64,000 nt of DNA. It comes from Psammoneis japonica. Taxonomy: Eukaryota. The position numbers and the translations under genes were made by a program. Shown piece by piece: positions 13,501-25,245 of this stretch (position 1 is its first letter; each line of letters begins with the position of its first letter). The notes below the pieces were generated by a model. That model searched no databases and was not told where the DNA came from. It worked only from the letters and a program-made list of their open reading frames with translations. The stretch lies in contig QPGO01000014.1 of assembly GCA_008632985.1 (NCBI GenBank), positions 758,289-822,288 of the forward strand. Direction: 5' to 3'.

Positions 13501-14589
13501 TGACAAATGTGAAGAGGATGACCAACCTTGCTGCACCAGTGTCAACAAAGATCTCAAGTTAATGCTGGCTCTTGGCAGACAAAGCATGACGTGGAACTTG
13601 ACTTGTCCCGACTTGGAAAGCACATTTGGAGCCAACCAATCAGATGGCACATGTCAAATGACAGAATTGGTGAAGTTGGCCATGACCAGTCTTGGTGCAG
13701 CAGCTTCTCAGAAAAGGAAAAGAAGGAAATGCCAATTGGTTCATTGTGCAGCCAATGAACAATTTGGTTGGAATTCAGTTTTTGCTGCCACTGTTGCTTC
13801 TGTGCAATGAGATTTTTTGCAGAAGAACTGCAACAATTGTGTCTTGCCATTGGAAGGACCAGTGTCAGAAAGATGTTGAATTCTGCCAGACACATTCACA
13901 AGCCAAAGCCGCTGTTCTTCTGAAAGCCATCTCATGCCGCACACCAGAAACTGAGACACAGTCGGGAACAAAGATGGACCCAAAATGGGCCACAGATTTT
14001 CTCCACCAGATTCAAGAATGAATGTTTTGGGCAGAGATTTGTTGCACACATGCACTGCCACAGGTCATGGCAAAAACTCAAGAGCAGCAAATGCACTGCT
14101 TGGCATGCTGTTCTTTTAAGGCAGATGCCGGATTTTGTCTGTCCCTGCTGACAAAATGGATTTGAGAAGAATGTGGCAAGACTGCTGTTTACAGAAGTTG
14201 CAGTTGAAGCATGCAACTGCCAGAAAATTCTTGCCAAGGATCAAGCAGTTCAGTGTGATCATGTTGCTGACAATTGCTGTGGCATCCACAGGAATGTTGC
14301 ACAGCTGCCTTTGTAATTTGGCAAAGTTGCCAGTCAGTGAGGGAGTCAACAACATTGCGATCAAGATTGTTGGTCATCTCTGTCAATTGGCACTGTTGAC
14401 AACTTTGCTCCTCTCTGTCAATGTTTGCTTCTGTTTGTCTGTGGCTGGGAACACCAGGTGGCAGTGCTGCAGTGCCACAATGGATGATCTGCAAGTCATT
14501 CCCAGCTTCATTCCATTCAAGCCCTTTCTCCCAAGCAATGTCGCAGGCAGCCAGCATCAGCCAATGCAGGACATTGACGTTGATGCATT

Positions 14590-15410
14590 GCATTTTACCA
14601 CGCAGCTTTGAACGTCTCTCTTTTGGCTCTGTCACCATCAAATCCACACACAAATGCACAGCAGGTCCAAGGTTGCAGGAAATCAGATGACACAAATCTT
14701 GATCCTGATTCTCGATTGTGCTCATTGATCTGACAAAAAAGATTGTTGGTGTGACCAACATGTGTCGACGTGTTGTCTTTCACTGAAAGCAACAAGTGCA
14801 CAAATCCCGATTCATCCCTGGGATGATCAAAGTCTTTTGGATGACATGGGAAGCATCTTAAGTCAAGCTCCAGTAAAGTCGTTTCACTCCCTTGAAATTT
14901 CTCAAGGAAGTGGCAGATGAAATCAGTGCATTGAGTGCGACGGAGGAGTGTGCCAGCCAGAGCATCTGTGCTGTCTTGTCAGGCTCACCAACAAACATGG
15001 TGTCTTGTCCACATTGTGTTCTAGACAAGAGGACTGCAATCTGTTCTTTCATCCAAAGAGAGTGCTCCTCCTTCAACAAATTGACCCCTGTCACCAAAGT
15101 TTCTGTTGTTTGACCAATGATGGAGTGACTTGTGCAAGCAACTCAATGTCACAAGCCATGTTGAGAGTGTCAAATTTGAAGTCCGCCTGGGAAAGAATGT
15201 GTTCTGGACAGAACACAAGGCATTGAAACTTCTCTCCATTGCAATTGGAGAAGCAGGGATTTGGAAGCACCTTGAGGAGGAAGACTCTTGCATCCCTCTG
15301 GGGCAACTGTCACTTGAATGGGTTCCATGTTGTGCTGATGGCATGTCTTCCTTGCACACAGCAGCAAGTTGCTTGGCACGGCATTTGTTGTCTTTGTTGT
15401 GCAACACTTT
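14590..15410 (-). mobile_element. Helitron-like remnant: PIF1-type helicase C-terminus followed by GIY-YIG endonuclease
   Basis: Minus strand reads GFVHLLLS...STHVGHTNNL...INEHN..SGS...LQPW (GIY-YIG with Y->H). Upstream LWMKEQIAVLLSRT...TMFVG resembles helicase motif VI. Confidence 0.6.
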
Positions 15411-15489
15411 TTAAAAACTGCACCAGGGAAGAAGAGTGACTCCAATGGCATCTTTGATTCTTTGGACAAAAAAAAAACAAGCTCTGGTT

Positions 15490-18400
15490 TTAAGTGCTGT
15501 TGCACCTTTGCCCAGCAACACCGGCGCCAGCTAACCCACACTTCCAGTGCACCCTGCGAGGGATGAGGCAGAAGATTGTGCAATTGGCCGGACTTGGCAC
15601 CCCCGGATGGGGCGCCTGACGGAAACAGCTGAAGATGGTGCAAGTGCCTCTTTTTGCCAGGCGTTTGGCTTCTTTCAAGCTTTCTTTGAGTCTTGGGCGG
15701 ACCACAGAGATCCAATTTTGAATCCTTGTTGCAGCGAATGTACGGTGTTCTTCGACTGAATCCAGCAACACACCTCTGTCTTTTGCCAAGTGTTCCTGAT
15801 GTTTGTTGTAAATCGCCATTAGTTTGGCTTCCACCTTTCTTGTTGCAATGACTTACGAGACTCCATGTTGTGTCCATTCACCAGCTGGTTGTGCTCCTCC
15901 CACAGTTCCCACCAGCTTCTCCACACGCAGGAACCTGTCTGGACTGTCCAATCTGGTGGTTGTTTGTTTTCCTTGTGACATTGACGCAAGATGCCCGAGT
16001 CGCGAAGACAGCCAGATTGAAGGAGGTTCCACATGAATGATTGTCTGCCGCTGAAGATCTGTCGCCATCCTGTGTCGGATTGAGCTTTCCACAACTCCTT
16101 GCATCTACAATCCACGTTGTCCAAGATGCATGATTTCTTTGTTAAACCATGCCTGCAGCATCTCCAATAGAAAGTCATGGAGAGCAGGCATTGTGTCCAC
16201 TTTGTCGCAGCATTTTTGCAGGCCTTGTAGAAACTTTCTCCTCCACTGTTTGTTGTTTGGACATCGTAGGATGTGATCCCCATCTTCCATTGGATGATCA
16301 CATGCAATGCACTGGTGGGGCCGAACTGGATCATGTCTGTGTGCAATTTTGTTGGCAGGTGGCAAATCACAGACCAATTTGACCATGTTGACGTGTTGCT
16401 TTGAGTGGCGTTTCACTGGGACTGCGTGGGCTTTCCAATCAATTTGATCAACAACTGAAGGGTGCCATTGGTTGTGCTTGACAATGTGTTCAATCAGTTG
16501 GGGAGCAGTGGCTGCGCATCTGATCTGTTTCTTGTAGTTTGTCGTGATTGCACTGCCTTCTATCTTGAGGTGGGAATGGCAATGTGGAAAATGTTTCACC
16601 TGCACCGCATCATGTGGACAGTGTTCTTGACATGCTCCTGCCAATCTGTCAGCACGGATGTCAACACGAGCATTGAGAGGCAAAGTGTGAACAGGGGGGT
16701 GCCTGTCTTGATGTCCTTTGACCCAGAGGACAGGAGGGAGAGCAAGGTCCTCTGAATCCGAAAGCCGCAGCAGAGCTTGCTGGGTGTGAAGGATCTCATT
16801 CAGTGCGCCCCAGTCTGGCGATGGGGCATTGGCCCCATGATGGCTGACATGAAAATTGTGAGTGGCTTGAACCTCTTCATTGAGATCAATCGCTGGCAAG
16901 GTAGATGTCAATCAAGACAAACAGTCAACCAAAGCCTTGTTGTCACAATGGACAACTGCATCCAGAGGAGCATTAATTCGACAATGTTCACACAGTTGAA
17001 AGATGAACCATGCAATCAATGGAATGCCGCAGGCCTCCACTCGGTGTGATGACAGTGTCTTTCCAAAGACTGGTCCTGCGCAATCCACTGGTGGAGTCCC
17101 GTCTGGTGTGATTGTCCAACTGAAGGCAGCTCCCTCCTGGACAGACCCGTTGCTGCCTGCCATGAGAGCAGACAAAAGAAAATGCTGGATCAGAGATTGA
17201 GAAGGAATGTGCAGTGCCAACTCATCAAACAACGTTGATTCCCAAGATGACAACTGTTGAAGAGTCTTGAGAAATGAATCTGGCATAGCGGCAGGAGTTG
17301 AGGACGTCAATGAGGTACGCGGAATCTCAAATTGCCATCAACCGTCCTCAGTTGTGGACACTTCTACCGGACAGGAGTCTTTGGAAGGGGTTGGCACTGT
17401 CTCTGTTTCCACCATTGAATCTGTTGTTGTTCCATTGGCTTGAAAAATGTTGTGACCATCCAAAGTGCCTGCATGCAAATGATCTTCAGATGGAGAAAAG
17501 CATGCGGTAGATTGCACTCTCATCTGTGATGGTGGAACCAGCCAATTGCCCAAAGGCTCCTTTAATCAATGTGTTCTTGGATGACACAAACTTGAGAGCA
17601 GAATTTCTTCCACACAGTCCAGGCTCTTGAACAAGGTTTGTGTTGCTCAATGTCATTGAGAGTGATGGTGCTGCTGTGCAGGGAAGGATCTCCTTTCACT
17701 TTGGACCCATTGAGAGTTGTCCCATCTGAAAGAGTTACATCTGAAACTGATGAGGCCTGCAGATACAAGCGGCAACAGTTGGTCCAACGGATTTCCCTCA
17801 TGGAGAAAGTCTGGGACTGCAATGCCACATCCATCAAATGTTGATCATTGTCTTGTTGAAGTGGGAGTGCGCTGTTGTGAGATGAGAACACTTGGCCATT
17901 GATCTCATGCAAAAATGCTCAAACTGACGCAAACCAGCGCAATTCCATGTGAGGTAACACTGTCTCCACGTCCCACAAGAAACTGTCACCAGTCCCCAAA
18001 TTCAGCTGAATCCATGCCACTGCAATGTGGAGAAGCTTGTGCGGCTGATCTTCCCCGAGTTGCAACTGTGCAACTCCTCTCAAGTGCTTTGACAATTGCT
18101 GAAGTTGAGCCACCCCTTGTTCAACATCTAACAATCAAAAACCTCCTCCTCCTGAGGACTGTGGTCTGTACAGTGTGAGCCTTTCGGTGTTTCTGTTGCA
18201 TCCACATTTGGCAAACATTGTCCACATGGCCTTTTGTTGGACCTGTTGGAGTTCTTTTGGAAGGAAATTTGAGCCAGCCAGCACATGTGTCATCAAGGAA
18301 AGGTGACACGCGTGACAATGCCGCCATGTTTTCATTCTATCCAGCAGGCACGACCTTAGAAACAAGGCAACGGCATTGCTCTTTTTTTGCAATTTAGGAG

Positions 18401-19870
18401 CCATGCAGTGTCCCAGGGTTTTGTGGGGAGCACAAGCTGACAATTGCTGACTGCACCTGGAGGTGGTTTGGTCAGCAGAAAAGATCTCTGACTTGATGTC
18501 GTCATGGCAGGGGCAGATGTGCGGCTCACCATGTTCTGTAAAGTCCCATTCAATGGCGTGGAAACAACACTTTGGCAGCTCCAATTCTTGTCCTGCAGCA
18601 TCCAATGAGTCACACCACAACTGGTCATCCGATTGGAGAGACTGGGACAACTTGAAAGCAGAAGGCTGAGGACTGGCTCTGAAATCATTCACTTGCTTGG
18701 AAGTGTCGTCAACATGACCTCTGTTGTGGACTTGGATGTAAAACTGCCCATCTGGCGTTTCAAAGAAAGGAGCCACAACAGCTTCAATGTCAAAGATGTC
18801 AAACAGTCTGCTGCGTGAAGTGTTCCAGTGCAAGGGAGAATTGCCACTGCATCTTTGATTCTTTGGACAGATGTTTTGACACCATGGCCATGCAGCTGGC
18901 TCTCTGATGTCCTTCCAGTGTGGACTCTTCATCCTGAGCCATGACAGCGATGCTTGGCACATGGTCAGTGTTGCGTGTCTTGTTGATGAGCATTTTTTCT
19001 GCTTGGAAGATGGCATTCCACCTCCTGAACACCTGGAGAGCCAAGTCCAGAATGCCGGGGTTATCCCAGCTTGGAACATGAAGTGAAACAGACTTGGCAA
19101 GACTTTTAAACTCCAACATTGTCTCTTGTGTCAGGTCTGTTGGAAGAATTCTCATCATGTCTTGCACTTGTTTGTGTGGTTCATCCAAAGAAGCTCTCAC
19201 AGATTGCTTCAACTGAAACAATGCAAAAGAGGTCAACAAAAACAGAGACAACAGTGGAGGACAACCTTGAACTGGGGGCAACTGCATGGGGTCCATCGTG
19301 GATGCAACCAAAATGCTGCCCATGAAAGCATTCAATCTGCAAATGCAATGCAGCAAGACATCCAAAGCAGCAAGCAACTCTGCCAACACCTGTCAAAGTT
19401 TGTCTGTCAACAACACATCCACATTTCCTTCGGTTTGCCATGTGGTTTCATGATGGTGATTTCAGCTTGTCGTGCAAGGGACCTGTGACTGGGCCTCAGT
19501 CAAGACCATCTGTGCATGTGCCGTCCTGCCAAAGCCAATGCACACTCAGCCATGTGAGCTGTTGACAAAGTGGTGAGGCCACAAGACATTGCCTTGATGC
19601 CCGCTGTCTCCACTCTGCAAAAAGTTTTTCAACACCCCGGACCACCCGCAATGCAGACAGATTTTGTGGCGGTTCTAGTGTTTGCAACACAATCATCTCC
19701 AAACACAACATCTGCTGCTTCATTGTTCATGGAAAATGCAGAAAAAGCACACACCCACAGCTGACTTGCTCCACAGTCAACACACAGCAGCACACTTGCC
19801 AAATGTTTCATCACAAATCTTCAACAGGTCCCACATCATTCCATCATTTTCCTCCCTAGACTGAAAGTTT
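15490..19870 (-). mobile_element. Decayed non-LTR retrotransposon (RT + RNase H + C-terminal Cys/His motif)
   Basis: RT motif GHVDDT and LELPKC..H. CRLYLQ..SVSDVT..DG. RNase H motifs GSNGSV..GAAFSW, SSHRVEACG, VHCDNKALV, WVKGHQD, NARVDIRADRLA. C-terminal CIAC...EDGDHILRC. Broken by stops and frameshifts; ends approximate. Confidence 0.85.
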
Positions 19871-21465
19871 CACAAACCAAATTTCCCAAATCAACAAACA
19901 ATGTCAAAAGACTCATGCCATGTGAAAGATCAGTCCAGATGGGCCGCTGCAAGCTCTGGCAAAACAACAGGCAAAATGAAAATGAGAGCGGGACAAAAAG
20001 CCAATTGTGAGCCACTGGGACACATGTCACAGCACACTCACCAGGGCACCTTCCAGAGAAAGTTCTGTGTCACCCAGCCAAATTTCATGGCCCCAAGCAT
20101 TGCCAGCAGTTCCTGCATGACAGACAGTGAAGACAACACCATTGCAGAGCAGGAAAAAAGGGCCATTGTAGACCAGATGCATGCACGTGTGAACCAGACA
20201 CACAAAAAAAAGGCTCGTGAGGTGCACAACTTTTGCAAAAATGACTCTAAAACTCAATCAATCACAACACACTCACATGATTATCTTCTTTGGAGTGTGC
20301 CAAGTCTGTCTGACAAATGCCAACATGTTGTGAGCATCCCCAAGGCTCCACTGCATTGTTTTGTTTCCACAGTGTGCACTTTTCAGAAATTGTGACGCCC
20401 AAAAAATGGCACGCCACAATGACGAGCCAACCAAAACCCCAAGAAGCAAATTAATGGGATCACAAGTCCATCGAGGTGTCAACAACAGTTGCACCAAAGG
20501 ATGCAGAGTGGGGCGAAGTGCAAAGCTCCCAAATGGATGCAAAGTGCAGCAGTGATCTTCAGTGACCAGGAAAACAACATAAAACAAGAAAACACAGAAA
20601 AAACTTACCTCGGCAACGTGTCGACCATTCAGATGTCACCCGCACCGTCACGAGTCGATGAACTCAACCGTTTGCACCGTGTGCAGCACAACCAAAGCAC
20701 CCCAGGAGACCGAACCAATGTGTCAACCTCTTTGTGACAACAGCAAAAAAAGATCCCCCCCACACTGCGACATGCATGGCCGTTTCTTACGGAACGACAT
20801 GCCAAATCGGGAGCGTTTGAGTGGAATGAAGGAAATGAAGAGGATTCCTCGTCAGGCGTCCTTGTCAAGTTTGTCCCAAAATGGACTTCTGCTTTCTCTT
20901 GTGTCCACATCAAAATGGAATTGCGTCCTTGTCAAATTCCACCGTGTGCACAAGTTCCAGTGCAATCCCACTGTGCACGTCACATGGAGCCATTGTCGAT
21001 CCCGTCTGACCGTGGCCACCAAAATTTTTCACCACGCGAAAAAAAATTTTTTTTGTGGAACGAACTGCCACGGCGACATCTCAACCAGTTCCAATGGGCC
21101 GTTGCGGCCTCTCCATGAACCAATGCGGAGCGACGCAGACATCTTCTCTTCCTGTGTTGAGTGGTGTGTAGCAAGAGGACACATCCAACATGGAGATGCA
21201 TTGGTGCTCGACACAATGCTTCGATTCACCTTCGCCATCACGAGTCGGAATCTCTCGATGAGTGTCTTTTTCGATGAGTTTGGCATCTTGCTTCTATTCC
21301 TGCCAACTCACCCCTCGAGTTGAATCCCATAGAGAAAATGCGGCTTACACTAGCACACGATGACTCAAAAGCTGGGACCTTCACTGTCCGCGTCCGGTGC
21401 GAGGTGCGAGACGAGCAGCGCACGCTGCTGCAGCCAAAATGGATTCGTTCATACATGATGACGTT

Positions 21466-22052
21466 TGTCATGTGGCACAAGGCCCATTGTGGGTGATTGT
21501 GGTGATTTTAAGAGTCGTTCATGAAAAGTGAGACTATAAAAGTGTAAAATTATGAAGTGAATTTCTGGAGCGGTGATCTCGCGGAATGTTCTTTCGATTC
21601 TTTCTTTTCCAGAGAAATTCTGTTCTCGTTATGTAGGAACGTTCCTGGGTTCTTCTTTAAGTGTGTGTCGTCTAAGGGAACGTCTTGGGACTTCTGAGGA
21701 GGTCACGTATGGTGTCCGAAAGTGTCACGGGAAAAATCGAGAGATCCGATTCGCTCTTCATCGTTTCGACCGTTTTCTTGTGAGAATCGGATTGGCTGAA
21801 AAGGAACTTGAAGTTCGGCTAAGAAATGTCTTCTCGATTTACTTAGGAAGTGACACACGTGTCCAGTTGTTTACTATCGCTTTCCGCATGTGTCCGGTTG
21901 TTTATTTAGGAGGAAGATGTTGGACAATTGTTCATGTAGCATGCATGTGTCTCTTGATGTATGTTCACGTAGATGTACATGGGGTTCTGTCCGTAGTTCT
22001 CTATTGTTCTTTATGACGTCTCGAAGTGTCGGGTCATGAGCACGACGTGACA
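21466..22052 (-). repeat. 3' LTR of Gypsy 1 (mutated copy)
   Basis: Direct repeat of 27494-28079 with 9 substitutions and 1 indel by manual alignment. Confidence 0.97.
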
Positions 22053-22075
22053 CGCGCCTCCTCCAATGAATCGCA

Positions 22076-25000
22076 TCAGGGAGAGAAAGGAACGAGACGC
22101 CGCGCATTGACGGTCTCGAGGTAATTTCCTTTTTGGATGATGACGGTGCCATTGGACTTTACTTCATGTGTCTCGCATGGGCCAAGTCGGCGTAAGGCGA
22201 GTTTGGATCGACGAGGGTTGTCGTTTCGGAGAGAAACAAGGTCTCCCACTTTGAAGTCATGGTCGAGTCGCCGAGAGTTTTCACGCGCGTCATCTGCTTG
22301 CGCTTGTTGTCGGCGGCGAGCACAAATGGTCGGCCAGTGGACGTTGCATTGTAAGGGAAGGATCACATCTCTTCCAAAAGCAAGTTGGCCGGCAGAGGCT
22401 TGCATGACGGCATGCACCGTCGAATTTGTCGCCCAAGTTGCTGAGGCTGTTGTCGCATTCCACGGATTCGGTTGATTAAATGCGTCGGGATCATCGACTT
22501 GTTGGGCCCGCATGCAGCTCCACAAAACATCGTGGGTCCGTTCAAGCAGTGAATTCGCCTGTGGGTTCCGTGCTGTCACAGGTTTAGACTTGATCCCACA
22601 AGAAACTGGCAGTTCTTGAAATTCAATGCCTGTAAATTCCGCACCGTTGTCGTGTGTGCAATAGACCGGGCGCGGAAATTTGCATGACCACGCTTGGTCA
22701 AATGCTCTGGCAGCTTCCAGAGCTGAGACTGTGGAGATCTGCTCCACACCAAAACAATGAGCAGCTGGATCTGCCATCGTGAGGGCGGTTGACGTCAAAC
22801 TTCGTCGGTTGACACCGGCACCAGTGGCAAAGGTAATCGGTCCGACAGTGTCGACTGCTGCCTGCAACCAGGGGTCAATCTCAAGGGCTTGTGTGTCCTC
22901 AAGAGGTGTTTTTCCATACACTCTGCGGTTCTCTTTTGACTGTAGACAGGTCTGGCATTGGTCTACCTTGGTCTTGACGTCTCGGGTCAAACCTTGCCAA
23001 TGACAGCACTGCCTGAGGGTCTTTTCCATTCGTTGGATACCTGGATGGCGTAAATTGACATGATGCCAGTTCAACAGAGGTGCTTGTAAAGTTGTGGGGA
23101 CAACAATCTTGTCCTTAAAAAGGACTGGGCGCAGGTGTCCATCCTGCACCATGCAACTGCAGTCAGACAATTCTTTCCGACTCGGGTCGGTTCGAGTAAG
23201 TTGCAATGCTTTTTTGCACGTAGCATCATCTTGCTGTGCTTCAATAATCGTGTCAAACGAGATAGGACAATGAGTGTTATCGTCGTATTCAAAGGCGAAA
23301 CACTCTTCCAGCGTTGGATCTGCAGCTGGCATCTCTGGGTCGCTAGTCGTGGTCGCGGCACGTGATAAGAAATCCGCGAGCACATTTTTTGCTCCCGGCA
23401 GGTAAAGAATCGTGGGACCAAATTCCTCAACGATCAGTCGCCAACGACATGCGCGGTCTGACTTGAAATTTGCAAAGGTCAGATTCTTGTGATCCGTGTA
23501 GATCGTGATCCTATGACCCAATAGGATGTCACGATACTCTCGTAGCGTCATAACTGTCGACAGTAGTTCTTGTTCGATAACTGGATGTCTTTTTTGTGTG
23601 TCGGAGAGTTTGCGGGAGTAGAACGCTATCGGGCGCTTGTCTTGAATGACAACGCTTCCCAGCTGGTATTTCGAAGCATCGGTGTAGATGTAGAACATCT
23701 TATTGAAATCAGGGTAGGCAAGAAGCGTCTCGGTAGAGATCCGTCTCTTAATTTCTTGAAACGCTTGCTCGTGTTCGGGTTTCCACTCGAACTTGACCGC
23801 TTTCGAGGTCACACTCGAAAGAGGTGCCAATAGATGGGCACGAAGTCGCCACATCTCGCGATAGAAGTTTATCATTCCAACAAAACCTCTGAGTTCTTTC
23901 TTTGTTTTGGGCGAAACCAAATTCATAATCGCATTGACTTTCTTGGGTTGCGGTTTGATTCCGTTTCTAGCAACAACAAACCCTAGGCACTCCGTTTCTA
24001 GAGCGCAAAAGAAAGTTTTTCGCAAGTTTACTCTAAAGCCTGCATCATTCAAAAGCACAAATGCTTCGCGCAATTGGGCGAGGTGATCATCAAAGGATCC
24101 CTTGCCAATAATCAACAAGTCGTCGATAAAAATCAGAACGAATTCCAAGTGTCCTAGCAAGTCAGTCATGACTTCTTGGAATGCATCTGGGGCTGGTGCA
24201 AGTCCCATTGGTAATCTGCAATGAGCACATTTGCCGAACGGCAGCACAGCAGTCAGATGCTGCTGACTCTTCTGGCTGATCCGTATCGTAAAAAATCCCA
24301 TGTTCAAATCGATCGCTGTAACATGAGCACAGCCATGCAGCTTTCGGAGCATGGTTGGTGTCAAAGGTAGAGGCCATGGGCGTCGTTGCATGCGTTGATT
24401 TAACAGCCGAAAGTCGGTGACAAATCGGCAATCACCACCTTTCTTCGGCATGAACATTGAGGGAAATCCCCAAGCTGAGTCTGAGATCCTTCTCAGAACT
24501 CCTACTGGCATAATCTCTCTGCTTCTCCTTTTGCCATGTTGCAGTTGATCTGGGGTATGCTGCAAGGTCGGCACATGATGGGCTCGGTGCCGGGCTTAAG
24601 CTCAATGTTGACCGGTGGTCGCTTGACACAATGTCCGAGCTCTCCTTGCGTGAGACTGGAGAAGTCTTCTAGCAAAGTGACAAGAGCTTCACCTTGCTCT
24701 CTCGACAAGTGCTCGGGCACACACTCTTGTAAGTCCTCTGTGGGACTGTGGTCATTTGGGCGAATGGCTTTGGCCTTACGAGCCGCCATGAGCTCTTCTT
24801 GCGTCGTCGGTCGGTGCCAAAAATCCTCGGGATATCTCATCGGAAAGGACAAGTCATCCCAAGCAATGACTTTTTCCTGGAAATCAAGCTTCATTCCAAG
24901 CTTGAATGGAACATCTCGTCCTGCAACAGCATCATAGATTCCTTGTGATGATGAAACACAAAAGCACAAATCGAACTGTCTGTGCAAGGATGTGTCAAGG

Positions 25001-25245
25001 AATCGACAACGAGTGAGTGCGACATGAGTTGTCTGATGGGTCTGCGCAAACAAGGTCTCCCATCTTGTTGGTGCTAAGGTGGCCTCATCCAGTGCTTCTT
25101 TTGAGAGCACATCTCTCTTTGTTGTTGTTCGACTGCTGCCGCTGTCGAGTGAGGCGAGTGGAACATTGTTGCTTTTGTCTCGAGTCCCATCAACTGGATC
25201 GAGTAGTTGAAGTCGCACGATGCATCGGGGTTCTTCCACTTGCAT
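22076..25245 (-). pseudogene. pol: Gypsy 1 pol (protease, RT, RNase H, integrase), frameshifted near 24540
   Basis: ASLDSGSS protease; FVTDFRLLN, RLPMGL, FIDDLL RT; YTDASKYQLG, AFYSRKL, YTDHKNL RNase H; HPG..R, DTVGP, HDNGAEF, NPQAN..LER integrase. Confidence 0.93.

Larger units (their letters stand above)
10920..20990. mobile_element. Block B: nested decayed transposons
   Basis: TpA/CpG-depleted. Contains recognisable GIY-YIG/helicase and LINE remnants (below). The 11-14 kb and 20-21 kb parts are unclassified. Confidence 0.7.
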
